A stretch of DNA of 64,000 nucleotides from Octopus sinensis (lineage: Eukaryota), in assembly GCF_006345805.1 (NCBI RefSeq), contig NC_043002.1, positions 41,478,001 to 41,542,000 on the forward strand, given 5' to 3'. Shown here piece after piece: positions 1 through 10,672 of this stretch (the stretch's first letter is position 1; each line of letters opens with the position of its first letter). Both the position numbers and the translations under genes were made by a program. The notes beneath the pieces were generated by a model, which worked only from the letters and a program-made list of their open reading frames with translations, searched no databases and was not told the origin of the DNA.

Positions 1-41
1 CCCTAATTATAATTATAATTATATATATCTAAATATATATA

Positions 42-88
42 TAGTCCAACCCATGCTAGCATGGAAAGCGGACGTTAAACGATGATGT
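42..88 (+). mobile_element. RTE extreme 3' end fragment
   Basis: TCCAACCCATGCTAGCATGGAAAGCGGACGTTAAACGATGATG matches 5460-5500. Confidence 0.8.
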
Positions 89-96
89 ATATATAA

Positions 97-940
97 TAAG
101 TAGGAAGGCAGACAAACCACAAATCCTTCCAGGTAGATGGCCCTGCTTGATCTGTAGAAAAGTGTAGGTAGAAACTCCATAAGATGTATCCAGTGTATGC
201 TATGGACACAAAAGAGAAGCAGCAATATCAAAAGAAGGCTAACTGGGAAGATAGTTTTTGTATGTGGCAAATGCTCAGGTGCTATAAACACTGAAAATGT
301 GCAGAGAACAGCTTCTGTCACATTCCAGGGAGAAAAACTAGTAGTAGTTGATAGCTTCCGTTACCTAGGTGACCAAGTCAGTAGCAGGGGTGGATGCTCT
401 GAAAGTGTAGCTGCTAGAATAAGAATAGCCTGAGCAATGTTCAGAGAGCTCCTACCTCTGCTGGTGACAAAAGGCTTTTCGCTCAGAGTAAAAGGTAGAC
501 TGTATGATGCATGTGTATGAACAGCCATGCTATATGGCAGTGAAACATGGGCTGTAACTGTTGAGGATATGCGTAAGCTTGCAAGGAATGAAGCCAGTAT
601 GCCCCGCTGGATGTGTAATGTCAGTGTGCATACACGACAGAGTGTACGCACCCTGAAAGAAAAGTTTGATTTAAGATGCATGCATCAGATGTGGTGTGCA
701 AGAGAGACAACTGTGCTGGTATGGTCATGTGTTATGAATGAATGAGGACAGCTGTGTGAAAAAGTGCCAATGACATGTAAAAAGGACCCACCACACTCTT
801 GGAGTGGTTGGCATTAGGAAGGGCATCCAGCTGTAGAAACCCAGCCAGTATCAGACTGGAACCTGGTGCAACTCTCCTGCTGACCAGTTCCAGTAAAACA
901 GTCTAACCCATGCCAGCATGGAAAGTGGATGCTAAGTAAC

Positions 941-971
<31 letters not shown>

Positions 972-985
972 ATGACGACGATGAT
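97..985 (+). mobile_element. Older 5'-truncated, internally deleted copy of the same RTE family
   Basis: 97-770 is similar to about 4075-4740 (FRYLGDQVSS, LYGSETWAVT). It then jumps to 3' UTR sequence matching about 5330-5490 and ends in (GAT)n at 940-985. It carries stops, indels and CpG decay. Confidence 0.9.
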
Positions 986-1029
986 ATATGTGTGTATGTA
1001 TATATATTGAGACAGACAGACAGACAGTG

Positions 1030-1240
1030 TATGCTTGTGTTTGTCTCCCCATGACTTTGCAACTAGTGTTGATTTGTATACATCCCAGTAACATTGTGGT
1101 TCAACAAAAGAGACTAATAGAATAAGTAGCAGACCTTGAAAATAAGTACTGGGTGTGATCTGATTAACCAAACACTTCAAGATGGTACCCTAACATGGCC
1201 ACAGTCCAACAATTAGAAACAAGTAAAAATATAAAAGATG
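1030..1240 (+). mobile_element. SINE B, 3' half (degenerate)
   Basis: Matches the 3' half of the full copy at 36600-36985 (AAAAGAGAC-ATAGAATAAGTA...CATGGCCACAGTC...GAAACAAGTAAAA). Confidence 0.7.
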
Positions 1241-1254
1241 AAAGTATGAGCAGA

Positions 1255-1455
1255 AGGCAGAAGGCTACAAATTTTGGATGATGGGATTAGTCTATTACAT
1301 CAACCACCAGTTATTCACTGATCCTTATATATCAGTTCTAAAAGGATGAAAGGCAAAATCTACCTCGGCAGGATTTGAACTCAGAACGGAGCCACAGGCG
1401 AAATACTGCTAAGCATTTCATCCAGCATGCTAAAAATTCTGTCGGCTCACTTGCC
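1255..1455 (-). mobile_element. SINE A (degenerate)
   Basis: Carries AAAGGATGAAAGGCAAAAT...GGATTTGAACTCAGAAC...CATGCTAA, the same layout as 56150-56360. Confidence 0.75.
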
Positions 1456-1479
1456 TAAATACCCTGATGCTGTACCAGA

Positions 1480-1865
1480 CAGTGGACCAGGCTTCTGATC
1501 TTAATTGATTGGAAGTGTTATCATGTTCGTTGTTTTGTCTTAGTATAAAAGATGGGCTACAGTAAATATTCTGCTCAATACTACAGATTTGTTTGTCAGT
1601 TGCTTGAACTTAATCAGTTGAGTATGTCCCTTGGTGGCTGATGATATGTGCATCTCTGATCATGAGCAGAAGTAGTGGTGGGGCATTATAACCATGTGTT
1701 AAGAGGGATTCTTTGAATAATATATTTGAATAATTCACCCATGGAAACATGAGTATTTCGTTCAACATTCTTAAACAACCCTTATTCAGGGAACTTTTGA
1801 GTTGGATGGGCTACTTGATCTGAAAAAAATTTTGACTGGACCCCCACCTGCAAGGTGATGCATTC
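1480..1865. repeat. Probable interspersed repeat interrupted by the RTE (may continue at about 5516-5595)
   Basis: Non-microsatellite sequence abuts both RTE ends. It resembles a common octopus repeat by my recollection only; there is no second copy in the window. Confidence 0.4.
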
Positions 1866-4800
1866 TTTCCACACCCTCAGGGTTGGCACCCTCAACGTTG
1901 GCACTCTGAAAGGTAGGTCTGGTGAGATAGTCGAGATGCTTGAACGGAGATGTGTGGATATATGTTGCATGCAAGAAATAAGGTGGAGAGGAGGATCAGC
2001 TAGGTTCCTCACAGGCAAGGAACGCAGGTACAAGATTTTCTGGGCAGGGAACACTGACGGGGTTGGTGGCGTGGGTATACTTATCGCTGAGAAATGGGTA
2101 GATAAAGTAATTGAGGTAATCAGAGTAAGTGACAGAATACTTAAGATTAGATTAGTGCTTCATCATAGTTTAGCAACCATTATATCAGCCTATGCTCCTC
2201 AGTCGGGGCTACCCGATGGACAGAAAGACCGATTCTATGACACTCTACTGCAGACTACCTCATTGACGAACGACAGAGACCTTATCTTTGTGGCTGGTGA
2301 CTTCAATGGTCACGTTGGACGACATGCTGGGGGCTTCCATGGCGTACATGGAGGCTATGGCTATGGCTCCCGCAACGAGGAGGGAACCAGGCTGCTGGAG
2401 TTCTGCGATGCAAATAATCTTATGATTTGCAACACTAACTTCAGGAAACCTACCAGCCACCTAGTCACTTACCAATCGGGCCAACATACCAGCCAAATTG
2501 ACTACATCCTTACAAGGCAAAGGGAGAGATGGCTGCTTATAAATGCCAAAACCTTCCCAGGTGAAGAATGTACCCCACAACATAGACTGGTAGTTAGTGA
2601 CTTTAGGATCAGGACTAGGAGGACAACCAGAAGACGACAAATATGGAAAAGAAGGATCTGGAAGCTTAAAGATCCTGCAAATGGACAGAGATTTAGGGAC
2701 ATATTACTTGAAGCCTCTGACGAAGTAGAAGGGGATAGAGCATCACAGAGGGTAGAAGACAGCTGGACGTTTCTAAGGGACAACCTGCTGAGAGCCACTG
2801 ACCAGATCTGTGGCTGGTGCAAAGTCCCCTCTCGACCTAGAATAACGTGGTGGTGGAACAATATTGTAGACAGGGCTATTAGAGAAAAGAGACAGGCTTG
2901 GAAGGTCTGGAAAAATGGGGGTAGCAGGGAATTGTATCAGACTGCCAAAAGAGAAGCTAGGAGACAGGTTTATTTAGTGAGAGGGGAAGCAGATAAGAAA
3001 AAATTTGCCAATGTTCTGCGCCGTGAGGACCAAAGACTGGAGGTGTTTCGTGTTGCAAGACAGTGTGTGAGAGAGAATCGTGATGTGGTAGGAGAGAAGT
3101 GTGTTCGCATGGAAGATGGTTCACTTGCGCTAAATGAGGATGCAAAGAGAGAGGTTTGGAGATGCCACTATGAAAGGTTGCTGAATGAAGAAAATGAATG
3201 GGATAAAGAGAGTCTGCCGAATGTTGACCCAACAGAGGGACCAGCTATCCGAGTTGATAGTTCTGTGGTAGCTAAGGCAATTAGAAGCATGAAGACAGGG
3301 AAAGCCCCAGGCCCATCAGGAATCACTGCAGAGATGCTCAAAATGTCTGGTAGTGTCGGCTATAGCCTAGTCACCCATATAGTTAATCAGTGATACACAA
3401 AGGGGTCATACCCAATGACTGGTGTAGCAGTATAATAGTCAACTGCTACAAAGGTAAAGGTGATGCCCTAGATACAAATAACTACAGAGGTATCAAGCTG
3501 TTGGACCAGGTGATGAAGGTTATGGAGAGGGTCATAGCCCAACTAATTAGAGAGAGAGTTAGTTTAGATGAGATGCAGTTTGGGTTTGTGCCAGGGAAAA
3601 GTACTACTGATGCTATATTCCTGGTAAGGCAGCTGCAGGAGAAATACCTAGCCAAAGATAGCCCCTGTAACTGGCTTTTGTTGACATGGAGAAAGCCTTC
3701 GACAGGGTCCCCCGATCCCTTATCTGGTGGGCAATGAGAAAACTAGGGATAGATGAATGGTTAGTGAGAGCTGTGCGGCCCATGTATAGGGACGCCGCTA
3801 GTAGGGTGAGGGTTGGAAATGAGTACAGTGAAGAATTCCGGGTAGAGGTAGGGGTCCACCAAGGCTCAGTACTCAGCCCCCTCCTATTTATCATAGTCCT
3901 CCAGGCAATAACGGAGGAATTCAAGACAGGATGCCCTTGGGAGCTCCTCTATGCTGATGACCTTGCTCTAATTGCTGAGTCGCTATCAGAACTGGAGGAG
4001 AAGTTTCAGGTGTGGAAACAAGGATTAGAATCGAAGGGCCTCAGAGTCAATCTAGCTAAAACCAAAGTCGTAATCAGTAGGAAGGTAGACAAATCACAAA
4101 CACCTTCAGGTAGATGGCCCTGCTCGATCTGTAGAAAAGGTGTAGGTAGAAACTCTATAGGTGCACCAAGTGTAAGCTATGGACACATAAGAGATGCAGC
4201 AATGTCAAAGGAAGGCTAACTAGGAAGATGGTTTTTGTATGTGGCAGATGCTCAGGAACAATAAACACTGAAAATGCTCTGAGACCAACTTCCGTCACTT
4301 TCCAGGGAGAAAAACTAGAAATAGTTGATAGTTTCCGTTACCTAGGTGACCAAGTCAGCAGCGGGGGCGGGTGTGCTGAAAGTGTAACTGCTAGAGTAAG
4401 AATAGCTTGGGCAAAGTTCAGAGAGCTCTTACCTCTGCTGGTGACAAAAGGCCTCTCGCACAAAGTGAAAGGCAGACTGTATGATGCGTGTGTACGAACA
4501 GCCATGCTACATGGCAGTGAAACATGGGCCGTGACTGCTGAGGATATGCGTAAGCTCGCTAGAAATGAAGCCAGTATGCTCCGATGGATGTGTAATGCCG
4601 GTACTCACACTCGGCAGAGTGTAAGTACCTTGAGAGAAAAGCTGGACCTAAGAAGCATCAGTTGTGGTGTGCAAGAGAGACGTTTGCACTGGTATGGTCA
4701 TGTGGCGAGAATGGATGAAGATAGTTGTGTGAAAAAGTGCCACACCCTAGCGGTTGAGGGAACCTGTGGAAGAGGCAGACCCAGGAAACCCGGGACGAGG

Positions 4801-5518
4801 TGGTGAAGCACGACCTTCGAACTTTAGGTCTCACTGAGGAAATGACTAGAGACCGAGACCTCTGGAAGTGTGCTGTGCGCGAGAAGACCCGGCAGGACAA
4901 GTGAGTCCACAACCCGTGGCCTTCTACATGGGATGGAGCCAGCCTACGTATGCATACCTTCCCTTCTTGGGACACAAAACTCTACTTGTGAAGACGTGTT
5001 GAGGCAAGTGAGGATCAGAATCGAAATCGATCAATGGAAATTGCGGATGTGCTACCAGTGCCAGTGGCATGTCGAAACTCTGCTTGTGAAGACCCATTGA
5101 GGCAAGTGAGGATCAGAATCGAAATCGATCAATGGAAATCGATCAATGGAAATTGCAGATGTGTTACCAGTGCCGGTGGCATGTAAGAGAACTTTCTGTT
5201 TCGCGACCATTGCCAGCACCGCCCCGTTTCGTGTCCGTTGCCAGCCTCGCCTGGCCCTCGTGCCGGTGGCACATAAAAAGCACCATCCGTTCGTGGCCGT
5301 TTGCCAGCTCTGTCTGGCACCAGTGCGGGTGGCACGTAAAAAGCACCCACTACACTCACGGAGTGGTTGGCGTTAGGAAGGGCATCCAGCCGTAGAAACA
5401 CTGCCAGATTTGACTGGGCCTGATGAAGCCTTCTGGCTTCACAGACCCCAGTAGAACCGTCCAACCCATGCTAGCATGGAAAACGGACGCTAAATGATGA
5501 TGATGATGATGATGATGA
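1866..5518 (+). mobile_element. RTE-clade non-LTR retrotransposon (LINE), 5'-truncated at the start of the endonuclease, with complete 3' UTR and (GAT)n tail
   Basis: APE-like motifs (TLNV, CMQEIR, GDFNGH at 2296-2313, IDYIL), RT motifs (QFGF, AFDRVP, GVHQGSVLSP, YADD at 3950-3961) and an RTE-type C-terminus (FRYLG, RLHWYGHVARM, RGRPRK). The 3' UTR ends CATGGAAAACGGACGCTAAAT(GAT)n. Confidence 0.95.
1870..4904 (+). pseudogene. Disrupted RTE ORF (APE endonuclease + reverse transcriptase + C4HC3 finger)
   Basis: ORF-track pieces 1855-3393, 3390-3737, 3686-4219 and 4228-4806 join into one RTE-type polypeptide after single-base frameshifts near 3390, 3661, 4159 and 4788 and an in-frame TAA at 3668-3670. 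The restored frame ends ...KTRQDK* at 4902-4904. Confidence 0.9.
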
Positions 5519-5620
5519 GATCACCATGTTGCACACATATGGTTATGATGCATGTGCCCAGTGTACCCTTATCAGATGGGCTTTGTACATTTATAAGAAA
5601 AGAGAATAAAAAAGATAAAA

Positions 5621-5621
<1 letters not shown>

Positions 5622-5690
<69 letters not shown>

Positions 5691-5721
5691 AAAAACAACA
5701 ACAACAACAACAACAATAATA

Positions 5722-5752
<31 letters not shown>

Positions 5753-5765
5753 CAACAACAATAAT
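5622..5765. repeat. Compound trinucleotide microsatellite (AAT)n(AAG)n(AAC)n(AGC)n(AAC)n
   Basis: Directly visible; abuts the 3' tail end of the minus-strand SINE A at 5766. Confidence 0.95.
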
Positions 5766-6429
5766 GGTTTCAGATTTTGGCACAAGGCCAGCAGTTTTGA
5801 GAGGAGAGGTAAGGCAATTATGTTGACCCAATTGATAAACTGGTACTTATTTTATCAACTTCAAAAGGGAGAAAAAGCAAAGTTGGCCTTGCAGAATTTG
5901 AACTCAGAACATAGAGATGGATGAAGTGCCGTTAAGCGTTTCACCTGGCATGTTATGAATTCTGCCAGCTCATCACCTGAATAGTAATTATAATAATAGT
6001 AATAATAACAAAAATAATCCTTCCTACTAAAGGCACAAGACCTGAAATTAGGGGGAGGGGACTAGTCAATTACATTGACCTCTGTGTATCACTGGTACTT
6101 AAATAGTCAACCTTGAAAGGATGGAAGGTAAGGTTGACCTCACTGGAATCTGAAATGCTGCTAAACATTTTTTCCAGCATGCTAACGATTCTGCCAGCTT
6201 ACCAATTAATAATAATAATGATAACAATAATAATTATTTCAAATTTTTGCCAGGGAAGGGGACAAGTCAATTACATCGACCCCAGTGTTTCACTGGTACT
6301 TAATTTATTGATCTCGAAAGGATGGAAGGCAGAGGTCGACCTCGGTGGAATTTGAACTCAGAACGTAGCGATGGGCGAAATACTGCTAACCATTTCACCC
6401 AGCGTGCTACGAATTCTGTCAGCTCACCA

Positions 6430-6460
<31 letters not shown>

Positions 6461-6660
6461 TAATAATAATAATAATAAGAAGAAGAAGAAGAAGAATTTG
6501 TAAGGGGACAGGGTGGAGTGAATTAGATTGACCCCAGTACTTAACTGATGCTTATTCTATTGCCCCCACCTGGAAGGCTAAGAGGCAAAGTTGACCCTGG
6601 TGTGAACTGAACTTAGAAAGTAACCAAATACTCCTAGGCATTTAGTTAAATGCTCAACTA
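5766..6660 (-). mobile_element. Array of four same-orientation SINE A copies separated by (AAT)n/(AAG)n tails
   Basis: Copies at about 5766-5978, 6013-6203, 6232-6428 and 6495-6660, each with ACTGGTACTT..A..AAGG..AAAGT.GACC..GAA.TTGAACT. Confidence 0.85.
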
Positions 6661-6669
6661 CTAAATCTC

Positions 6670-6870
6670 TTATCCACCACCAATATTTCTCCCTGTCCAT
6701 ATCACAGCTCTACCATCTTGAAAAATAAAGGAGCGCATTGAATAATATGGTTCCAAAAGAGACTGTCTGAATGAAAGAAAAGGAGCGGAGATTGGGAGAT
6801 AGGTCGTGGTTAGAATGCCTTTGATGATAGGTCAGCTCAATCAACCGGCCTGGCCTGGGGCTAAACAATA
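6670..6870 (+). repeat. Unclassified interspersed repeat family D
   Basis: The motif GAATGCCTTTGAT.ATAGGTC.GCTC.ATCA...GACCTGGGGCTAAACAA recurs at about 8740-8860, 9630-9750, 19030-19200, 20030-20120, 22330-22520, 28920-29095, 37900-38030, 47650-47810 and 49000-49110. Confidence 0.65.
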
Positions 6871-7962
6871 TCATTATAAGGATATTAACAGAACCAAGAT
6901 AAGGAAGATTATAAATAATGAGGTTTTAAGCCCATTTGAATGGAACCTGACTAAAATGCTGGGAGTTAATGGCAGCTAAAGAGGAAGAATAGGTCAGGGT
7001 TTGCCGGGGGGGGGGAATAGGAGGGGCAGCTGGAATGAGAAAGAAGTAGTTAGATAAGGAGGGAGTAGAAAGGTGGGTGGAAGGTAAGGGTAAGGGGTAG
7101 GAGTGCAGGGTGTTTAATTAAATGAAAGGGTCTCAGAAAAGGAATTTTGTTTGAAGACAGAAAATGAATGGTAATATTTGCAATGCTACAAATATTTTAC
7201 AGAATGGCCATATTGAGTGGAGCTATTTATAAACAATAACGCGGACGACAACGTTTATAATGATGATGATGATGATAGTGTGCAAGACATGATGCTGTTG
7301 TTGATGACGATAATACAGAAGAGGAGGATGGCAATGATGATGATGAGGAGGAGGATAATGATGATTATGGTGATAAGGATGATGAGAATGCTGCTGCTGC
7401 TGATGATGATGATAATGATGATGGCATTGACAATTATATTAGAGTTAACAAAAAAAATGAAGTATTATAGATACAATTGTTTTTCCTTCAGAAGCAGAAA
7501 TGAATCTAAAATTATGGAAAAAATACAAGAGACAAAAGATTAAAAAAAAAAAAATAATTAGACTATTTATAAAACAAGATTCCTTTGTGTGTGTGTGTGT
7601 CTGTGTCTGCATGTGTGCACAAGTGTGTGTGTAGGTGTGTGTCTAAAAATAAATGTAAGCTGATATATGCATAAAACTATGATTATATATATGCACACAC
7701 GCACATAGATATACATATGTACATACACATAATACATATATATATATATATATATTATATATACATATAATTATTACTGTATCATCATCATCATCGTTTA
7801 ACGTCCGTGATGATGATGATGATACAGTAATAATTATATGTATATATATATATATACATGTATTATGTGTATGTACATATGTATATCTATGTGCGTGTGT
7901 GCATATATATAATCATAGTTTTATGCATATATATATATATATATATGTATATATGTTTGCAC

Positions 7963-7999
<37 letters not shown>

Positions 8000-8482
8000 T
8001 ATGTGTGCACATTTACTCCCACCTACCCACCCGCACATCTACTTCTATCATTACCAATCAAGTAATTCAGTATTAATACTATTTATTACGATAGACTAGA
8101 AGCTAGTATTGTGTACAGCGCACTAATTTCGGAGGTCTGAGTAATTTTACATTTTTTTATTTGAATCAATCAAAGAACTTCCTTCTCTTTCTCTGCCTTT
8201 CTCTCCCTGTCTCTGCCTGCCTGCCTGCCTACCTCTCTCTCTCTCTCTCTCTCTACATACATATACATACATGTGTGTGTGGGGGTGTATATATATATAT
8301 ATATGTATATACAAGTGTATGTGTGTGTGTATATACATATACACAGATACGCACATATGTGCATATACATACATATCTATCTATCTGTCTATCTGTCTCT
8401 CTCAACCCCACTCTCTATCTCTACCTATCTATCTATATGTCTGTCTGTCTGTCTCTCTCTCTCTTGCTCTCTCTCACTGTAG

Positions 8483-8633
8483 AGAAGAAGAAGAAGAAGA
8501 AGAAGAAGAAGAAGAAGAAGAAGAAGAAGAAGAAGAAGAAGAAGAAGAAGAAGAAGGGGAAGAAGAAGGGGAAGAAGAAGAAGAAGAAGAAGAAAGGGAA
8601 GAAGAAGGGGAAGAAGAAGAAGAAGAAGAAGAA
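8483..8633. repeat. (GAA)n polypurine tract with GAAGGG variants
   Basis: Directly visible; about 150 bp with purines only on the + strand. Confidence 0.95.
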
Positions 8634-9019
8634 TTGTTGAGATCTGTCATGGAGCAGCCCCCTTGCTGTATACAAGATTCTTTGAACAGGCATAGGATTA
8701 AAGGCATTCCAACCCTGTCCATCCTATCATTCCAAATATCTGGAGTTATATTTTCTGATGCTTCTTTTGCTTCCTCAAGATGGTAGGGTTTGACTTGAGG
8801 AAATTTGGCTGTTATTTTTAGCACGTTGAGTAACAACATAGAGGCTGATTCATTGGCTTGTAAAACAAGACTGTCACAAGATCTAGTGATATAATCACGG
8901 TTTGAAAAGTACTGAGTCACTGGCATTCTTTGAAAAATCCTGTATGACAGCCATCATCGTAGATAGATATGTAGATAAATAAATGGATTAAGAGTCTATA
9001 TTACCATTTATGCACAGGT

Positions 9020-9230
9020 ATAAGGTATAAGCTGGCAGAATCATTAGCATATTGGGCAAAATCATAGAGGTGTTTCATCTGTCTTTACATTCTAAGTTCA
9101 AATTCTGCCAAGGTTGATTTTGCTTTTTAACTTTATGGGGTTGATAAAATAACTATCAAGAGAACAGGGGTTGATGTAATCGACTTTCCTCTACCCTAAA
9201 TTTGCTGGCCTTGTGTCAAAATTTGAAAGC
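9020..9230 (+). mobile_element. SINE A (degenerate)
   Basis: AGCTGGCAGAATC.TTAGCA head, GTTCAAATTC B-box-like motif, GGGGTTGATAAAATAA core and GGCCTTGTG.CAAAATTTGAAA tail. Confidence 0.8.
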
Positions 9231-9234
9231 ATTT

Positions 9235-9600
9235 AGGCACAGGCTGTTTGGTTAAGAAACTCACTTTGCAACCATGTGATTTCAGGTTCAGTCCCCTACT
9301 AGAGCCCCAAACTGATCAATGTCTTGTGAATGAATGTGGTAAGCAGAAACTGTATGGAAGCTTGCTATATGTGTGTGTGTTTATTCCTCACCATGGGTTG
9401 ACTGACAACTGGTGTTGGTGTGTTTACACTCTCATATCTCAGTGGTTTGGCAAAAGAGACCAATAGAATGAGTACCAGACTTGAACACCAGAAGAAAAGA
9501 AGAAATACTGGGGTTGATTTGTTCAACTAAAACCCTTTAAAGTAGCGTCCCAACATGGCTGCAATCCAATGACTGAAACAAGTAAAAGATAGAAGAGAAA
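9235..9600 (+). mobile_element. SINE B (degenerate, internally deleted)
   Basis: GGCTGT.TGGTTAAGAA head, GGTTCAGTCCC box and 3' CAACATGGCTGCAATCCAATGACTGAAACAAGTAAAAGA. Confidence 0.8.
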
Positions 9601-10249
9601 AGATTTATTCAGGAATGGAAAAGTAATGTTCATGGCATTTTAAAAAAATTTTCAGGACCTCCAAGACTAGTAGATGTTATTCCTCCAACTGGAGATTTGG
9701 CTTGAATCCTTGCAACAGAATCAACACTACTAAAGGCTCCCAAAGACCCTGATGGTGTCATAAATCTTTTTGATACTAACATGCCCAAACTGCCTTTGAT
9801 TCTAAGGCACAGACTTTCTGCTTTAAAATGATCCAAGTTAAAATTTCCCTTTATAAAATTTCATGTTTATTTATGTTCCAAGCATCAACTTAATAACAAC
9901 AATGTAACTTTATTATAGTCTTCATTGTTTCTGAAATTAATTGAAACAAGAAGAAATATGTTACCATATTTCAACAGAAATATGGTAACAAAATAATTAA
10001 ACTGTGGAGCAAACTAAGTCTACAGACGAACAACTCAGAGTGGAAACAGCCAGAACAAATAATTCTTACTGCCACAGGCACATGGCCAGAAATTTTGGAG
10101 GAGGGTTCTAGTCAATTTCATTGACCCCACTGCTCAAATGTTATTTATTTGACTCTGAAAGGATAAAAACAAAGTTGACCTTTGTGGAATTTGAACTTAG
10201 AATATAAAGCCAGAAGAAATGTCACCAAGTATTTTGTTCCACATTATTT

Positions 10250-10470
10250 TATTTTTATTCTTTTACTTGTTTTAGTCATTTGAATGCAGCCATGCTGGAA
10301 CACCACCTGAAAGGATTTTTAGTCAAAGAAATCGATCCCAGGACTTATTCTTTGTAAGCCTAGTACTTATTCTATCATCTCTTTTACTGAACTGCTAGGT
10401 TACAGGGATGTAAACACACCAACATTGGTTGTCAAGCGTTGGTAGTGGGGACAAGCAAACACAAAGACAC
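10250..10470 (-). mobile_element. SINE B, 3' half
   Basis: CTTTTACTTGTTT.AGTCATTTGA..GC.GCCATGCTGGA...CCCAGGACTTATTCTTTGTAAGCCTAGTACTTATTCTATC. Confidence 0.85.
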
Positions 10471-10476
10471 ATACAC

Positions 10477-10580
<104 letters not shown>

Positions 10581-10672
10581 ACCACAAAAAAAATATAGCA
10601 CAAATACTAAATAGAAACTGGTTTATTATCAGACTGCCATAGCAGTGATTGAAGAGTGCTGATTGAGAAAGA

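Noticed and set aside
1782-4975. Antisense ORFs overlapping the RTE (for example 2502-2861, 3613-3924, 4658-4975)
   Set aside because: Shadow frames of a GC-richer coding region, with no motifs.
5421-5450. CTGATGA hammerhead core in the RTE 3' UTR
   Set aside because: It is followed by the stem-loop GAAGCC-TTCT-GGCTTC but has no GAAA. Other copies read CTGGTGCAG, so it is not conserved.
8161-8926. Poly-Glu, poly-Lys, poly-Ser and poly-Phe ORFs (and similar homopolymeric ORFs at 5490-5831, 7217-7543, 14547-15161 and 27307-27580)
   Set aside because: These are translations of microsatellites that stay open only because the repeats lack stops.
9656-9705. Possible terminal exon TTTTCAG|...GPPRLVDVIPPTGDLA*
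   Set aside because: The sequence aligns with degenerate repeat family D (GGAGATTTGGCT...AGGCTCCC).
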